From a virus, in the IMG/VR virus record IMGVR_UViG_3300044634_002329, positions 32,001-96,000 of that record: DNA of 64,000 nt. One strand, given 5' to 3'. Made by a program: the position numbers and the translations under genes. The notes below the pieces were generated by a model. That model ran no database searches. It was given only the letters and a program-made list of their open reading frames with translations, and was not told where the DNA came from. Each line of letters starts with the position of its first letter. Position 1 is the first letter of the stretch. Shown here piece by piece: positions 19,755 through 29,754 of the stretch.

Positions 19755-21398
19755 ATGAAACCATTAAATTTAGATAATAAACCATGTAGTCCCACATCAT
19801 CTAATTGTGTGATATGGTCTGGAAGAAATCTTCCATGTATTAATTTATGTACAGGTGATACTGTCACAGATGTAATAGAAAAATTAGCTACAGAACTATG
19901 TACTATTATGGATCAGTTAGATATCTCTAACTATGATTTATCTTGTTTTAATATTACAGCATGTCCTCCATCTAGTTTTACTGAATTGTTGCAATTTTTA
20001 ATTGAACAAATTTGTGATAGTCAAGGAGTATCTACTACTGGTAAAACTTTATCTTCTGGATGCCCTGATTGTGTAGTTACAATGGCACCATGTTTTATTA
20101 CAGGAACACAAACTACAATGCAATTAGTAGATTATGTTAATCTAATTGCATATAGAATTTGTAGCATTAGTGCTGCTATTACAGACATACAAGCTCAGAT
20201 TGTAGATTTAGATGTTAGAGTAACTATTCTTGAAGATGCACCAACTCCTACATTTACATTACCAACTATTACTGTAAATTGTACATTACAAGATTCCCCG
20301 TTTATTGGAAATGGTGGTCCGGCCACAGCAATTGATTTAGTGTTAGATGCATTAGTTAATGATAATAAATATGGGTATTGTGCATTAAAATTTAGAACAG
20401 GAGAACCATCAGATATCTACACTGCTATAACAACTCAATGTATTCAAGATGGTGATTTTACTTTATCAAATCCATTAGTAACATATGCTACTGCATATTT
20501 TGGTTCTTGGATAGATACGGCTGACATAGAAAATCTAGCAAATTCAATTACTAATATTTGGATTGTACTTTGTGACATATATAATGCATTTAATAACATT
20601 ACAATTAATGTTACAAATACAGATACAGTAGAACTTACTTACGTAGGTGGAATATTATCAGCTGATATAACAGATACTGGTTGGCAACCATTAAACGGTT
20701 TTGATCATTATACAGGAACAATGGCTACACAAAAACCTGAAGCTAGAAGAATTGGTAAAGTAATTCATTTTAGAGGTGATGTAATTATACCTTTAGATAA
20801 CCCTACTATACCAGGTGTAGTTGTACCTTTATCTTTACCAACTTCTTATTATAATGAACAAGGTTGTACTCCATTTACAGGAGTTGGCGGTGTTACAAGT
20901 AATGCTTTATTAGGAACTATATTTTTTAATAACGGAGGTTCTGTAATTCCTACAACTGTATTAGATTCATTAATATTTCCAGATGGAGTATATACAATGG
21001 GTTGGGTAACAGGAGTAAGACCTATTGAATTAACCGGAACATATGGTACAAGTTTAACCAGTTCTTTTATTGTTGGTATTAATGCTAGTAAACAACTATA
21101 CATTTCAACATTAAAAGATCTTGAAAATTTATCTACACTAGCTCCTAACAATGTTACAGGAGGATCTCCATTAAGATATATTACTAGTAATGTAAAAGCT
21201 GGGGATTATGTTCCTAATTTTATTAATGCAGCATCTTATGTTAATAGTGTTTCTGCAACAGGAGTTAATAATATTACTACTGAAACTGATTTTTCTGGAA
21301 CAGATTTACAATGGACTTTTGATTGTGAAGCCGGTAATTCAAATAATTTAGGAGGATTTAGTTTTAGAATAGATGGTTTAATATCTTATATATTATAA
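19755..21398 (+). CDS. tail fibre/spike-like protein
   Basis: ATG 19755 (MKPLNLDNKPC) preferred; Cys-rich N-terminus with short coiled coil; DTGWxxL...RRIGxVIxxRG motif typical of fibre C-terminal domains. Confidence 0.55.
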   Translation: MKPLNLDNKPCSPTSSNCVIWSGRNLPCINLCTGDTVTDVIEKLATELCTIMDQLDISNYDLSCFNITACPPSSFTELLQFLIEQICDSQGVSTTGKTLSSGCPDCVVTMAPCFITGTQTTMQLVDYVNLIAYRICSISAAITDIQAQIVDLDVRVTILEDAPTPTFTLPTITVNCTLQDSPFIGNGGPATAIDLVLDALVNDNKYGYCALKFRTGEPSDIYTAITTQCIQDGDFTLSNPLVTYATAYFGSWIDTADIENLANSITNIWIVLCDIYNAFNNITINVTNTDTVELTYVGGILSADITDTGWQPLNGFDHYTGTMATQKPEARRIGKVIHFRGDVIIPLDNPTIPGVVVPLSLPTSYYNEQGCTPFTGVGGVTSNALLGTIFFNNGGSVIPTTVLDSLIFPDGVYTMGWVTGVRPIELTGTYGTSLTSSFIVGINASKQLYISTLKDLENLSTLAPNNVTGGSPLRYITSNVKAGDYVPNFINAASYVNSVSATGVNNITTETDFSGTDLQWTFDCEAGNSNNLGGFSFRIDGLISYIL

Positions 21399-21402
21399 TA
21401 TT

Positions 21403-21957
21403 ATGTCAACAAATAATACATGTAAAAAATGTGGATGTCAAGACCAAGCTTTGACTACACCAATAGTATACCCTACTCCGGCACCATGTCTTAAGCCGGA
21501 ACCATGTTCTGAAGCTTTTGATTCTCAATGTGTATATTATACAGGAGATGATATTATGTGTGGTACTGATATTGTAGTACATCAAGATGATACTATAGAA
21601 ACTGCATTAAATGATATAGTAGATTATTTTTGTACTAATGTCCCTGTACCAACAGCAAATATATTAAAAGTTACTATTAATAAAAATCTTTTAGATCCTT
21701 TAAAGTTAGATTCTACAATTGTAGGAGGTACAGGACCCTTTATATACAATTGGTCTATTGCTCAAAATGTATTTATGGGTCATAACTTTAATGGTTCTAC
21801 TACTATAAATAGTGCACTTTTTACTATAACTACTGATGGTATTCGCACTGTAAATGGAGATAGTTTATTTCAATCATTAATAAAGTTAGAAGTTACTGAT
21901 GTTAATGGAGCTTATGGTTCTGCATATTATACATTTTCAACAGTAACTGCAGGTTAA
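21403..21957 (+). CDS. Cys-rich structural protein with C-terminal beta-sandwich (PKD/Ig-like)
   Basis: CVYYTGxxIxC..GD motif shared with N-terminus of 19755 gene; GGTGPFxYxW...VTDxNG. Confidence 0.55.
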   Translation: MSTNNTCKKCGCQDQALTTPIVYPTPAPCLKPEPCSEAFDSQCVYYTGDDIMCGTDIVVHQDDTIETALNDIVDYFCTNVPVPTANILKVTINKNLLDPLKLDSTIVGGTGPFIYNWSIAQNVFMGHNFNGSTTINSALFTITTDGIRTVNGDSLFQSLIKLEVTDVNGAYGSAYYTFSTVTAG

Positions 21958-21966
21958 AAATATTAA

Positions 21967-22031
21967 GTTACAGTTTGTTGGTTTCTGTGACAACAAAGCA
22001 AAGCCCCTGCACTTGTAGGGGTTTTGTTTTT
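21967..22031 (+). ncRNA. candidate small regulatory RNA (hairpin with anti-AAACCAACAAA loop plus terminator)
   Basis: Stem GUUACAG/CUGUGAC with loop UUUGUUGGUUU; G-U pairs favour the + strand; ends in terminator. Confidence 0.45.
21997..22031 (+). terminator. Rho-independent terminator
   Basis: CAAAGCCCCTGC-ACTT-GTAGGGGTTTTG stem followed by T tract. Confidence 0.8.
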
Positions 22032-22064
22032 ATACTATCTTTACATTTGTTAAATACAGTAATT

Positions 22065-22076
22065 TTTAGTATATTA
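22065..22076 (+). promoter_or_regulatory. putative phage promoter motif (TTTAGTATATTA)
   Basis: After a terminator, 11 nt upstream of ATG 22088. Confidence 0.5.
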
Positions 22077-22087
22077 ATAGTAATAGT

Positions 22088-22669
22088 ATGAAAGAATGTA
22101 AAGCACCAGATGTAAAAGGACCACGTTATAGACCTGAAGTATATAATGTTTTAAACAAAGAGTTTTGTAATAATTTTAGAAAAAAATACCCAAAGTATAA
22201 AAACTTAGATAACATTACTATAAGAGCTATAATAAAACAATTTAATGAAACAATATATAATACAGTTATTGAAACAAGAGATGGTGTGCAATTACCTGAA
22301 TCTATTGGTTGGATATTTATAGGTACTTGCCAACAAAGTAAAAAAAGAAATATTGACTTTGCTAAGTCACAAAAATATGGAGTAACAGTTATAAATCAAA
22401 ACTGGGATTCAGATGGTAAGTTAGCTAAAATATTTTTTACTAGTTATGCATTAAAACACAAAATGAAGAATAGAGAGTTTTGGAGTTTTGTAGCTTGTAG
22501 AAATTTTAAAAGAAAAGTAGCTAAGACTTATCCTGAAAACTGGAACATGTATGTAGCAGTAGATCCAACAAAAAAAATAAATATGAATTATAGTAAAGCT
22601 TACTATAAAGATATAAAAGCTAAGGAAACTACTAAAGCTTTAAAAAACTATAATGAATTTGACTTATGA
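22088..22669 (+). CDS. HU/IHF-like DNA-binding protein
   Basis: Basic; two helices then GVQLPESIGWIFI arm motif; position before tail ring genes as in crAss-like phages. Confidence 0.6.
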   Translation: MKECKAPDVKGPRYRPEVYNVLNKEFCNNFRKKYPKYKNLDNITIRAIIKQFNETIYNTVIETRDGVQLPESIGWIFIGTCQQSKKRNIDFAKSQKYGVTVINQNWDSDGKLAKIFFTSYALKHKMKNREFWSFVACRNFKRKVAKTYPENWNMYVAVDPTKKINMNYSKAYYKDIKAKETTKALKNYNEFDL

Positions 22670-23331
22670 CAACAATTGGAGAAGCAATATCAAGAGTAAG
22701 GCACACATTAAAAGCAGTTAATGAAGATGCTTTTTTAACTGATAGAACCATATATTTTTCATTACTAAAGTATGCTAAGTCTTTAATTAAAAGAGAAGAC
22801 AATCAATTTAGATTAATGAAGATGAGTTCTATCTTTTCTACTTTACCATACATTGAATTGATTGATGTAGATAGAATAGATGCTGGATGTCTTGGTGTAT
22901 ATTCCGGATGTTACTTTAAAAGATCCAAAGATAAATTACCTGAAATACTAAATGGTATGTTTGGCCCTATTATACGTACAGCATCTTCAATAGATGGTAG
23001 TATAGAAATGTTTAGAACAGAACCAGGTATATGGAGTTCAATGACAAAGTCAACTACTTTTAGATATAACAAAAATAAATACTTTTGGTTTTTAGATGGT
23101 TATTTATATTTTCCTAATTTAGAATGGGATGCTGTAAGAGTAGAAGCAGTATTTGAAGGTAGACTAGATACATGTGAAACTAAAGATGATTGCTCATTAA
23201 AACAAGATCAAGTATTCTTTTTACCTGAATACTTATTTAGTGAAGTTGAACAATATGTAGTTAAAGAATTAACCATGACTATATCAGTTCCTACAAATGG
23301 TCCGGATGATAGTCAAAATGCTCAAAGATAA
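22666..23331 (+). CDS. tail ring/tubular protein
   Basis: 221 aa; YFWFLDGYLY motif; synteny upstream of tail stabilisation gene. Confidence 0.55.
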   Translation: MTTIGEAISRVRHTLKAVNEDAFLTDRTIYFSLLKYAKSLIKREDNQFRLMKMSSIFSTLPYIELIDVDRIDAGCLGVYSGCYFKRSKDKLPEILNGMFGPIIRTASSIDGSIEMFRTEPGIWSSMTKSTTFRYNKNKYFWFLDGYLYFPNLEWDAVRVEAVFEGRLDTCETKDDCSLKQDQVFFLPEYLFSEVEQYVVKELTMTISVPTNGPDDSQNAQR

Positions 23332-24368
23332 TGGATAGTAATTACACACTCAAATACAGAACTTTTGATCAACTCTTAGAAGATGTATCAATTGACTTTA
23401 GTACTTTTTCATTAGAGAATATGATTGAACCACAAACTCTAATTAAGTTAGCTAAAAAACTTAACTATGATTTAGGTCTTAGAATCAATCAAACTAGAGA
23501 AGCTATACTAGAAGTATGCCATAGTAGAGTTAAGTTACCAGATGACTTCTATACCTTTAATTACGGTATGATCTGTGGTGAGTATACAGTATTAACCGGA
23601 TATGATAGAGGTGGGACTAATATTCAAGAAATTCCATATAAAGAATTTCCTAGTACATTTGACCAATGTGCTGTACCTACAGTAAATTGTAGAACATGTA
23701 ATTCTAACCCATGTAACCATACAGCAGCATGTTTAGATAATGTTCCTCCAACTAATGTTATACCTACAGAATATGACCCTAATAATCCTTATGGTGATAC
23801 TTGCATTAAACCAAGAGTCTTTATGAACTGTAAAGGTGAACAATATGAACTTGTACAAGTAGTAAGCACATCTAATATTAGAACATATAAAAACATGCTT
23901 CCTTTTAGAATGATATCTAGTCAAGAGATTGAATGTGATTGTCCAAATCTTTATTATAATACTAGTAATCAAGGATGGATAAAAAATGGATTTTTATTTA
24001 CTACTTTTGAAGAAGGAAAAGTTTATATAAATTATCAAGGTGGAATGGAAGACGAAGACGGTAACTTATTGGTACCGGATCATGACTTACTTAATGAATA
24101 TTATGAGTATGCTTTAAAACAAAGAATACTTGAAAATCTTTATATGAATGGTGAGGATGTATCACAAAGAATGCAACTAGTAGAACAAAGAGTTAAAGCT
24201 GCAAGAAACCAAGCATTAACTTTAGTTAATACTCCAAACTTCCAAGAAATGTATAAACTGTGGTGGACTAATAGAAGATCACAATACAGTAAATATTATG
24301 ACATGTTTAAATCACATGCACCAGATAATGATTTTTATAGACGTTTTGGAAATAAAAGAGTAATTTAA
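23331..24368 (+). CDS. tail ring/tubular protein
   Basis: KLPDDF and GKVYINY..MEDEDGNLLVPD motifs; Cys-rich central insertion; TAATG coupling. Confidence 0.55.
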   Translation: MDSNYTLKYRTFDQLLEDVSIDFSTFSLENMIEPQTLIKLAKKLNYDLGLRINQTREAILEVCHSRVKLPDDFYTFNYGMICGEYTVLTGYDRGGTNIQEIPYKEFPSTFDQCAVPTVNCRTCNSNPCNHTAACLDNVPPTNVIPTEYDPNNPYGDTCIKPRVFMNCKGEQYELVQVVSTSNIRTYKNMLPFRMISSQEIECDCPNLYYNTSNQGWIKNGFLFTTFEEGKVYINYQGGMEDEDGNLLVPDHDLLNEYYEYALKQRILENLYMNGEDVSQRMQLVEQRVKAARNQALTLVNTPNFQEMYKLWWTNRRSQYSKYYDMFKSHAPDNDFYRRFGNKRVI

Positions 24369-24369
24369 T

Positions 24370-27300
24370 ATGGCAAAGAATTTACAAAATACATCCCAGA
24401 ATGTAACTAATAATTTTAATAAAGGATTAAATAAAGATTATGATCCTTCACTAGTACAAGAAGGTATGTGGACTCATGCTAGAAATGCTAGTAATAATAC
24501 TATTGAAGGTGACGTAGGTTCATTGTCTAATGAATCAGCTAACTTTATATGTGGTATTACTGGAACAACCATGCCATTAACTGTTGTTAAAAAATATATT
24601 ATTGGTGCTATTCAAATATTTTCTGATAAATGGTTAATATTTACTGCTGGTCATAATCCATTAGGTCAATCTATTTCATCTGAAATTGGATTATTAGAAG
24701 AAGAGTCATGTTCTTATAGACCTATTGTACAAGATGCTTGTTTAAGTTTTGATAAAAGATTTTTAATTACCGGAGCTTCTAAAGAAAATGAAGATTGTAG
24801 TTGGTCAGTATTTTTTGCAGACGGTAATAATCCAGATAGATATATTAATATTGGAGATCCAAAAACTTGGCCATCATCTGATTATCAATGGGTAGGTACT
24901 ACTGCAGATATGAACTATTATTTTAATGGTACTGATAAATTACTTTGGCCAAATGTTCAATGGGACACATATTGCACAACTGTCAATAGTTGTATTATTT
25001 GTGAAAATTTACCATCTTTAAATTGTGATAAACTAAGACTTGCTAGATTAATGGAAACTCCATGTCTTAATGTTACATTAGGTACATCAGGTGGTACATT
25101 AAGAAATGGTTCTTATTTTGCAACTATAGCTTATAGTATTAAAGGTCAAAAAGTTACAGATTATTTTTCTCAAAGTAATGTCCAACAAATATGGACTCCT
25201 AATAATAATGAAGGTTCATTGTTAATTGAAGTAAATGCAGATAGTGTTAACTTTAGTGAATTTATATTAGTAGTAGTACAAAATATTAATCAAGGTACTG
25301 TAGCTAAACAAATTGGAATATATTCTACTAAGACTAGTAAAATTGAATTAGATCAAATTAAAGAAGATTTAATTACTGTACCATTAGAACAATTACCATT
25401 ACAAACTCCAATATTTGAAAAATCAGATCAAATTGCTGATGTAAATAATTACTTACTTAGAGTAGGGCCTACATCTAAATTTGATTTTAACTATCAACCA
25501 TTAGCTAATTTAATTAGAGCTAAATGGGCTTCTGTAGAATATCCTGCTGACTATTATATTAATGGAGGAAATAAAGGAAGTTATTTAAGAGATGAAGTTC
25601 AACCATTTTTTATTAGATGGGTGTATGATACAGGAGATAAATCTGCATCATATCATATTCCAGGAAGAGCACCAAGAACATTTTTAGTCCCAACTAATAA
25701 TACATTAACTCCAGAACAATCTGTTCTTGTAGATCAAAATAGTTTAACTGCAGATGATCAAGTATTTGAAGTTTATAATACTGCAAGTTCAGCACCTACT
25801 CCAGGTTTAGTTGGTACTATACTAGCCGATGGTGGTAAAGTTATTGATGCTGGAGATATGGGATATTGGGAATCAACTGAAATATATCCTGACAATCAAG
25901 CTGAAATTTGGAATGCTAGTGCTCATTGTTGGACAGGTGTAGGTAACGTACCAAACAATGCTTATGACTTATGTGGTCTCCCTATTAGACATCACAAATT
26001 CCCAGACAATTATTTAAATAATAATACTGTACATTTTTCAACTAATCCTTCAGCAGCAACCCAAGGTGACTCTTTAAAAATAAGAATCATGGGTGTGTAC
26101 TTTGAAAATATTATAATGCCTAAAGATAATGATGGTTATGATATTCCTGGTATAGTAGGGTATGAGATTCTTAAAGGTTCTCGTGAAGGGAACAAAAGTA
26201 TTATTGCCAAAGGTATGGTAAATAATATGAGAAGTTATGCAATAAAAGGAACAGTTGCTAGAGGTAGAGAAGGATTATATCCTAACTATCCTTTTAATAC
26301 TATTTTACCTTTAGGATATTCATCAACATCCGGAGACCATAATTATTTATTTAATGATCCTTATATTAAAATGCAGGATCCGGCTAATGAAGATGACGTA
26401 CTTAATCAACAAGTACCAAGTGATATTATTACTTTTCATTCACCGGATACTATGTTTAGAACTCCTTATCTATCAACTACAGAATTAAAACTCTATGGTT
26501 ATTTATCTGGATTTTCTACTCAACAGTTTATTGAACCAGACCAACATCCTAAGTTTAAATTATTAGCTGATGCTAGTGTAATAGTTATGTTTTTAGGTGG
26601 TATTACTGAAGCTATCATATCTTTTATTGGTAGGTATGATAAAAAAGGATCATCATTTACTTCTCCTGGATATGCAGCTGGAGATCCAACAGGACTTATT
26701 CCTTTTAGTGCTCAAGTTATAGGAGCTAGTGCTGGACAAGCTACAGCTACCGCATATGATTCGGCAATTGCAGCATATTACTCAGGTGGAGGTTCTATTG
26801 CAGATGCATTAACATATGCAGTTACAGGTCTTAGACCTATATTAGCAGGAATCAATACTGCTAAAGATACAGCACTAACACCATTGATTGCAACAGGTGG
26901 GGTTGCTGTAACAGGAGATGAATATACTTATACAGTTCCCAATTTAGATTATTTACCATTACCTCTTAGAGCACTTGGTGGGCTTAACCAAGCTTTATAT
27001 TATTTTTCTGAAGGTGCTGATGTTACTTTAAATATTATATATACTTTATTACCTTATAGACAATTTGCTTTACAATCTGTAGCTCATGGATTTTATAGTA
27101 ACATGACTAAAGAAAATATGGCTGTAGATATATTAAGATTTAAAACTGATGTAAATTTATATTTAAGAGATGCTATTCAAGAACTTCCTAGATTTCAAGA
27201 CACATCAGGTACATACCATTCTTATAGTATTAACAATCTTAAAAGATCTGATACAGTAGTAATAAGAACTACCACAGGAAATAATTTAAACCAAGGACCT

Positions 27301-29754
27301 AAATTATTAAATATAGACCAATCATTAGTTACACTAGGTACTTTAGTTCAACATGGTACAGGATCAAATTTACCAGATTTTGAAAATCAAGAAATTCCTT
27401 TTAGTTTACCTATAGCAAGTCATTATGCTGGAATAAAAGTAAGACTAAGAAATCAATATGGTCAACTGCAAGGTATTAAACAAATTGTAATATCACCTTG
27501 TGAACAAAAAATTAATTTAAATGGGTTTACATTTCAAACTGTACAAACTAATATTAATTGTCCTACATTAACATTAGGTAATCCTAATCTTGTATTTAAA
27601 AAATTAAGCATGTCTCCAATATTTTTTGGAGGAGATACTTATATAAATAGATACACTGAAAAAAATACAATGTTTTATTACTATGATTGGCTATATGGTC
27701 AACCAAATGGTTTTGAATATAATTACTATTTACATCAAATGATACCTTCTCCTAGATTTAATGTAAATAGTATTAAGTATGAAGTATCAGATATAGCACC
27801 TGGTAACTGGAATAGTCCATTACCTGGTACCGGAGCTGTACCTACTAGTTTTTATAATCTAGATTATTATAAAAATCCTAATAGAAAGTATGATTATGTT
27901 AATGATCAACCAACAGGTTTTCCAGATACATATCCAGGAATATTAGGAGTTAAAGATTCTAAATTTTATTTAGCTAATTCAGCTGTAAGAGATTTCTTTG
28001 TAGAGTCAGATGTATTAGTAGATTTTAGAGAACCTGGTTTAACAGTAGCTGAAAAAAATTATGATCCGTATAGATATACAGATTACATATCTATGTTTAA
28101 TATGAAACCTGAAATTATTACAGCAGGTAACTGGTACAGATATGATTATTCATTAAGTGCTGCAAAAGCTTATACTCAATATTTTTCAGCAGGTAATTTA
28201 CAAAGTAGATATTATAATCCTAATGTAGCTAGTTTATGTTATACATATTACCCAGATAGATTATATTATTCTTTACAACAACAGGAAGAATCATTTAAAG
28301 ATAGTTGGTTTGTATTTCTTCCTAATAATTATAAAGAGTTTAGATCTCAACTTAATGGAGTAAAATCAATTAATAAATCAGGTTTATTTATTACATTTAA
28401 AAATGATAGTCCTTTAATGTATCAAGGGGTAGATACTCTTCAAACAGATTTAGGAACTAAAATTACTATTGGTGATGGTGGGTTATTTAGTCAACCACAA
28501 CAATTAGTATCTAATGCAGATAAACCGTATGAATACGGATCATCTCAAAGTAGATTAAGTGTAGTATCTACACCAGCTGGATTATTTTATATATCTCAGA
28601 ATCAAGGTAAAGTTTTTAACTATGCTGATGGTTTAAAAGAAATATCTCAAACAGGATTAAAGTGGTGGTTTAATTTATTCTTACCATATCAATTAACAAA
28701 AGATTTTCCAAATTATCCATATAAAGATAATCCTGTAGCAGGTATTGGGTGTCAGGGTATGTATGATAATATAAACTCTGTTTTATATTTTTCTAAAAAA
28801 GACTTTAAATTAAAAGAAGAATATAAAGATCAAGTACAATATATACCAATGATAACTACTGGTAAATATAAAGGTAGAGGAGATTACTTTACTTTAAATG
28901 GTACCGGACGTTATGAATTAGGAGATGAATTTTTATTTGAAGATGCATCATGGACATTAAGTTATGACCCTAAAAGTCAATTTTGGATTAGTTTTCATGA
29001 TTGGCATCCTGATTTATCTTTACCTACTAAGACTACATTCTTAACAACTAAGAATAATACATTATGGAAACATAATGAAGCTTGTGATTATTTTTGCAAT
29101 TATTATGGAGTTGATTATCCATTTGAAGTAGAATTACCTGTTATCACAGGTAAAACTGTTACTACTACAAGATCTGTAGAATACATATTAGAATGTTATA
29201 GAAGATCATCTATTAACTGTATTGATCAATTTCAAGTGTTAGATTTTAACTTTAATAAAGCTGTAGTATTTAATTCTGAACAAGTATCTGGATATCTTAA
29301 TCTTAATATATTTCCAAAAAATAATATTACATTAAGTTTACAATATCCTATTCCTAATCCTGCAATTATTGTTGAACCAACAATTCAACCATTACCAGGA
29401 TTTGAAATATTATTTTCTAAAGAAGAAAACAAATATAGATTTAATCAGTTTTGGGATATAACTAAAGATAGAGGTGAATTTCCTATTGGTTCTACATATC
29501 CTCCAACAGGTCCTTTAGTACCAGGTACTACTGAGTTATTAGGAAATTATTCACAAGAATATATTTGGATAACTCAACCTAACGGATATGTTAAAACATT
29601 AAATCCAAATAACTTAGATATTAATAAAGCTCAATTACAAAGAAAAAAGTTTAGACATTACTTAAACTTTTTACATCTAAGAAGAGATGTATCTGGAAAT
29701 GTAAATATGATATTAAAATTAAGTGAAACAAAAAATCAACTATCTCTAAGATAA
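24370..29754 (+). CDS. tail stabilisation/muzzle protein (P22 gp10-like, crAss-like)
   Basis: 1794 aa; N-terminal F.KGLNKD, YLRDEV..F, IRHHKFP, FGGDTYI.RY, SWTLSY...WISFHDW.P motifs. Confidence 0.75.
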   Translation: MAKNLQNTSQNVTNNFNKGLNKDYDPSLVQEGMWTHARNASNNTIEGDVGSLSNESANFICGITGTTMPLTVVKKYIIGAIQIFSDKWLIFTAGHNPLGQSISSEIGLLEEESCSYRPIVQDACLSFDKRFLITGASKENEDCSWSVFFADGNNPDRYINIGDPKTWPSSDYQWVGTTADMNYYFNGTDKLLWPNVQWDTYCTTVNSCIICENLPSLNCDKLRLARLMETPCLNVTLGTSGGTLRNGSYFATIAYSIKGQKVTDYFSQSNVQQIWTPNNNEGSLLIEVNADSVNFSEFILVVVQNINQGTVAKQIGIYSTKTSKIELDQIKEDLITVPLEQLPLQTPIFEKSDQIADVNNYLLRVGPTSKFDFNYQPLANLIRAKWASVEYPADYYINGGNKGSYLRDEVQPFFIRWVYDTGDKSASYHIPGRAPRTFLVPTNNTLTPEQSVLVDQNSLTADDQVFEVYNTASSAPTPGLVGTILADGGKVIDAGDMGYWESTEIYPDNQAEIWNASAHCWTGVGNVPNNAYDLCGLPIRHHKFPDNYLNNNTVHFSTNPSAATQGDSLKIRIMGVYFENIIMPKDNDGYDIPGIVGYEILKGSREGNKSIIAKGMVNNMRSYAIKGTVARGREGLYPNYPFNTILPLGYSSTSGDHNYLFNDPYIKMQDPANEDDVLNQQVPSDIITFHSPDTMFRTPYLSTTELKLYGYLSGFSTQQFIEPDQHPKFKLLADASVIVMFLGGITEAIISFIGRYDKKGSSFTSPGYAAGDPTGLIPFSAQVIGASAGQATATAYDSAIAAYYSGGGSIADALTYAVTGLRPILAGINTAKDTALTPLIATGGVAVTGDEYTYTVPNLDYLPLPLRALGGLNQALYYFSEGADVTLNIIYTLLPYRQFALQSVAHGFYSNMTKENMAVDILRFKTDVNLYLRDAIQELPRFQDTSGTYHSYSINNLKRSDTVVIRTTTGNNLNQGPKLLNIDQSLVTLGTLVQHGTGSNLPDFENQEIPFSLPIASHYAGIKVRLRNQYGQLQGIKQIVISPCEQKINLNGFTFQTVQTNINCPTLTLGNPNLVFKKLSMSPIFFGGDTYINRYTEKNTMFYYYDWLYGQPNGFEYNYYLHQMIPSPRFNVNSIKYEVSDIAPGNWNSPLPGTGAVPTSFYNLDYYKNPNRKYDYVNDQPTGFPDTYPGILGVKDSKFYLANSAVRDFFVESDVLVDFREPGLTVAEKNYDPYRYTDYISMFNMKPEIITAGNWYRYDYSLSAAKAYTQYFSAGNLQSRYYNPNVASLCYTYYPDRLYYSLQQQEESFKDSWFVFLPNNYKEFRSQLNGVKSINKSGLFITFKNDSPLMYQGVDTLQTDLGTKITIGDGGLFSQPQQLVSNADKPYEYGSSQSRLSVVSTPAGLFYISQNQGKVFNYADGLKEISQTGLKWWFNLFLPYQLTKDFPNYPYKDNPVAGIGCQGMYDNINSVLYFSKKDFKLKEEYKDQVQYIPMITTGKYKGRGDYFTLNGTGRYELGDEFLFEDASWTLSYDPKSQFWISFHDWHPDLSLPTKTTFLTTKNNTLWKHNEACDYFCNYYGVDYPFEVELPVITGKTVTTTRSVEYILECYRRSSINCIDQFQVLDFNFNKAVVFNSEQVSGYLNLNIFPKNNITLSLQYPIPNPAIIVEPTIQPLPGFEILFSKEENKYRFNQFWDITKDRGEFPIGSTYPPTGPLVPGTTELLGNYSQEYIWITQPNGYVKTLNPNNLDINKAQLQRKKFRHYLNFLHLRRDVSGNVNMILKLSETKNQLSLR

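Noticed and set aside
22023-22049. Bacteroidota housekeeping promoter (TTTG ... TACATTTG)
   Set aside because: The -7 element matches, but the -33 candidate is part of the terminator with only 15-nt spacing; single weak instance
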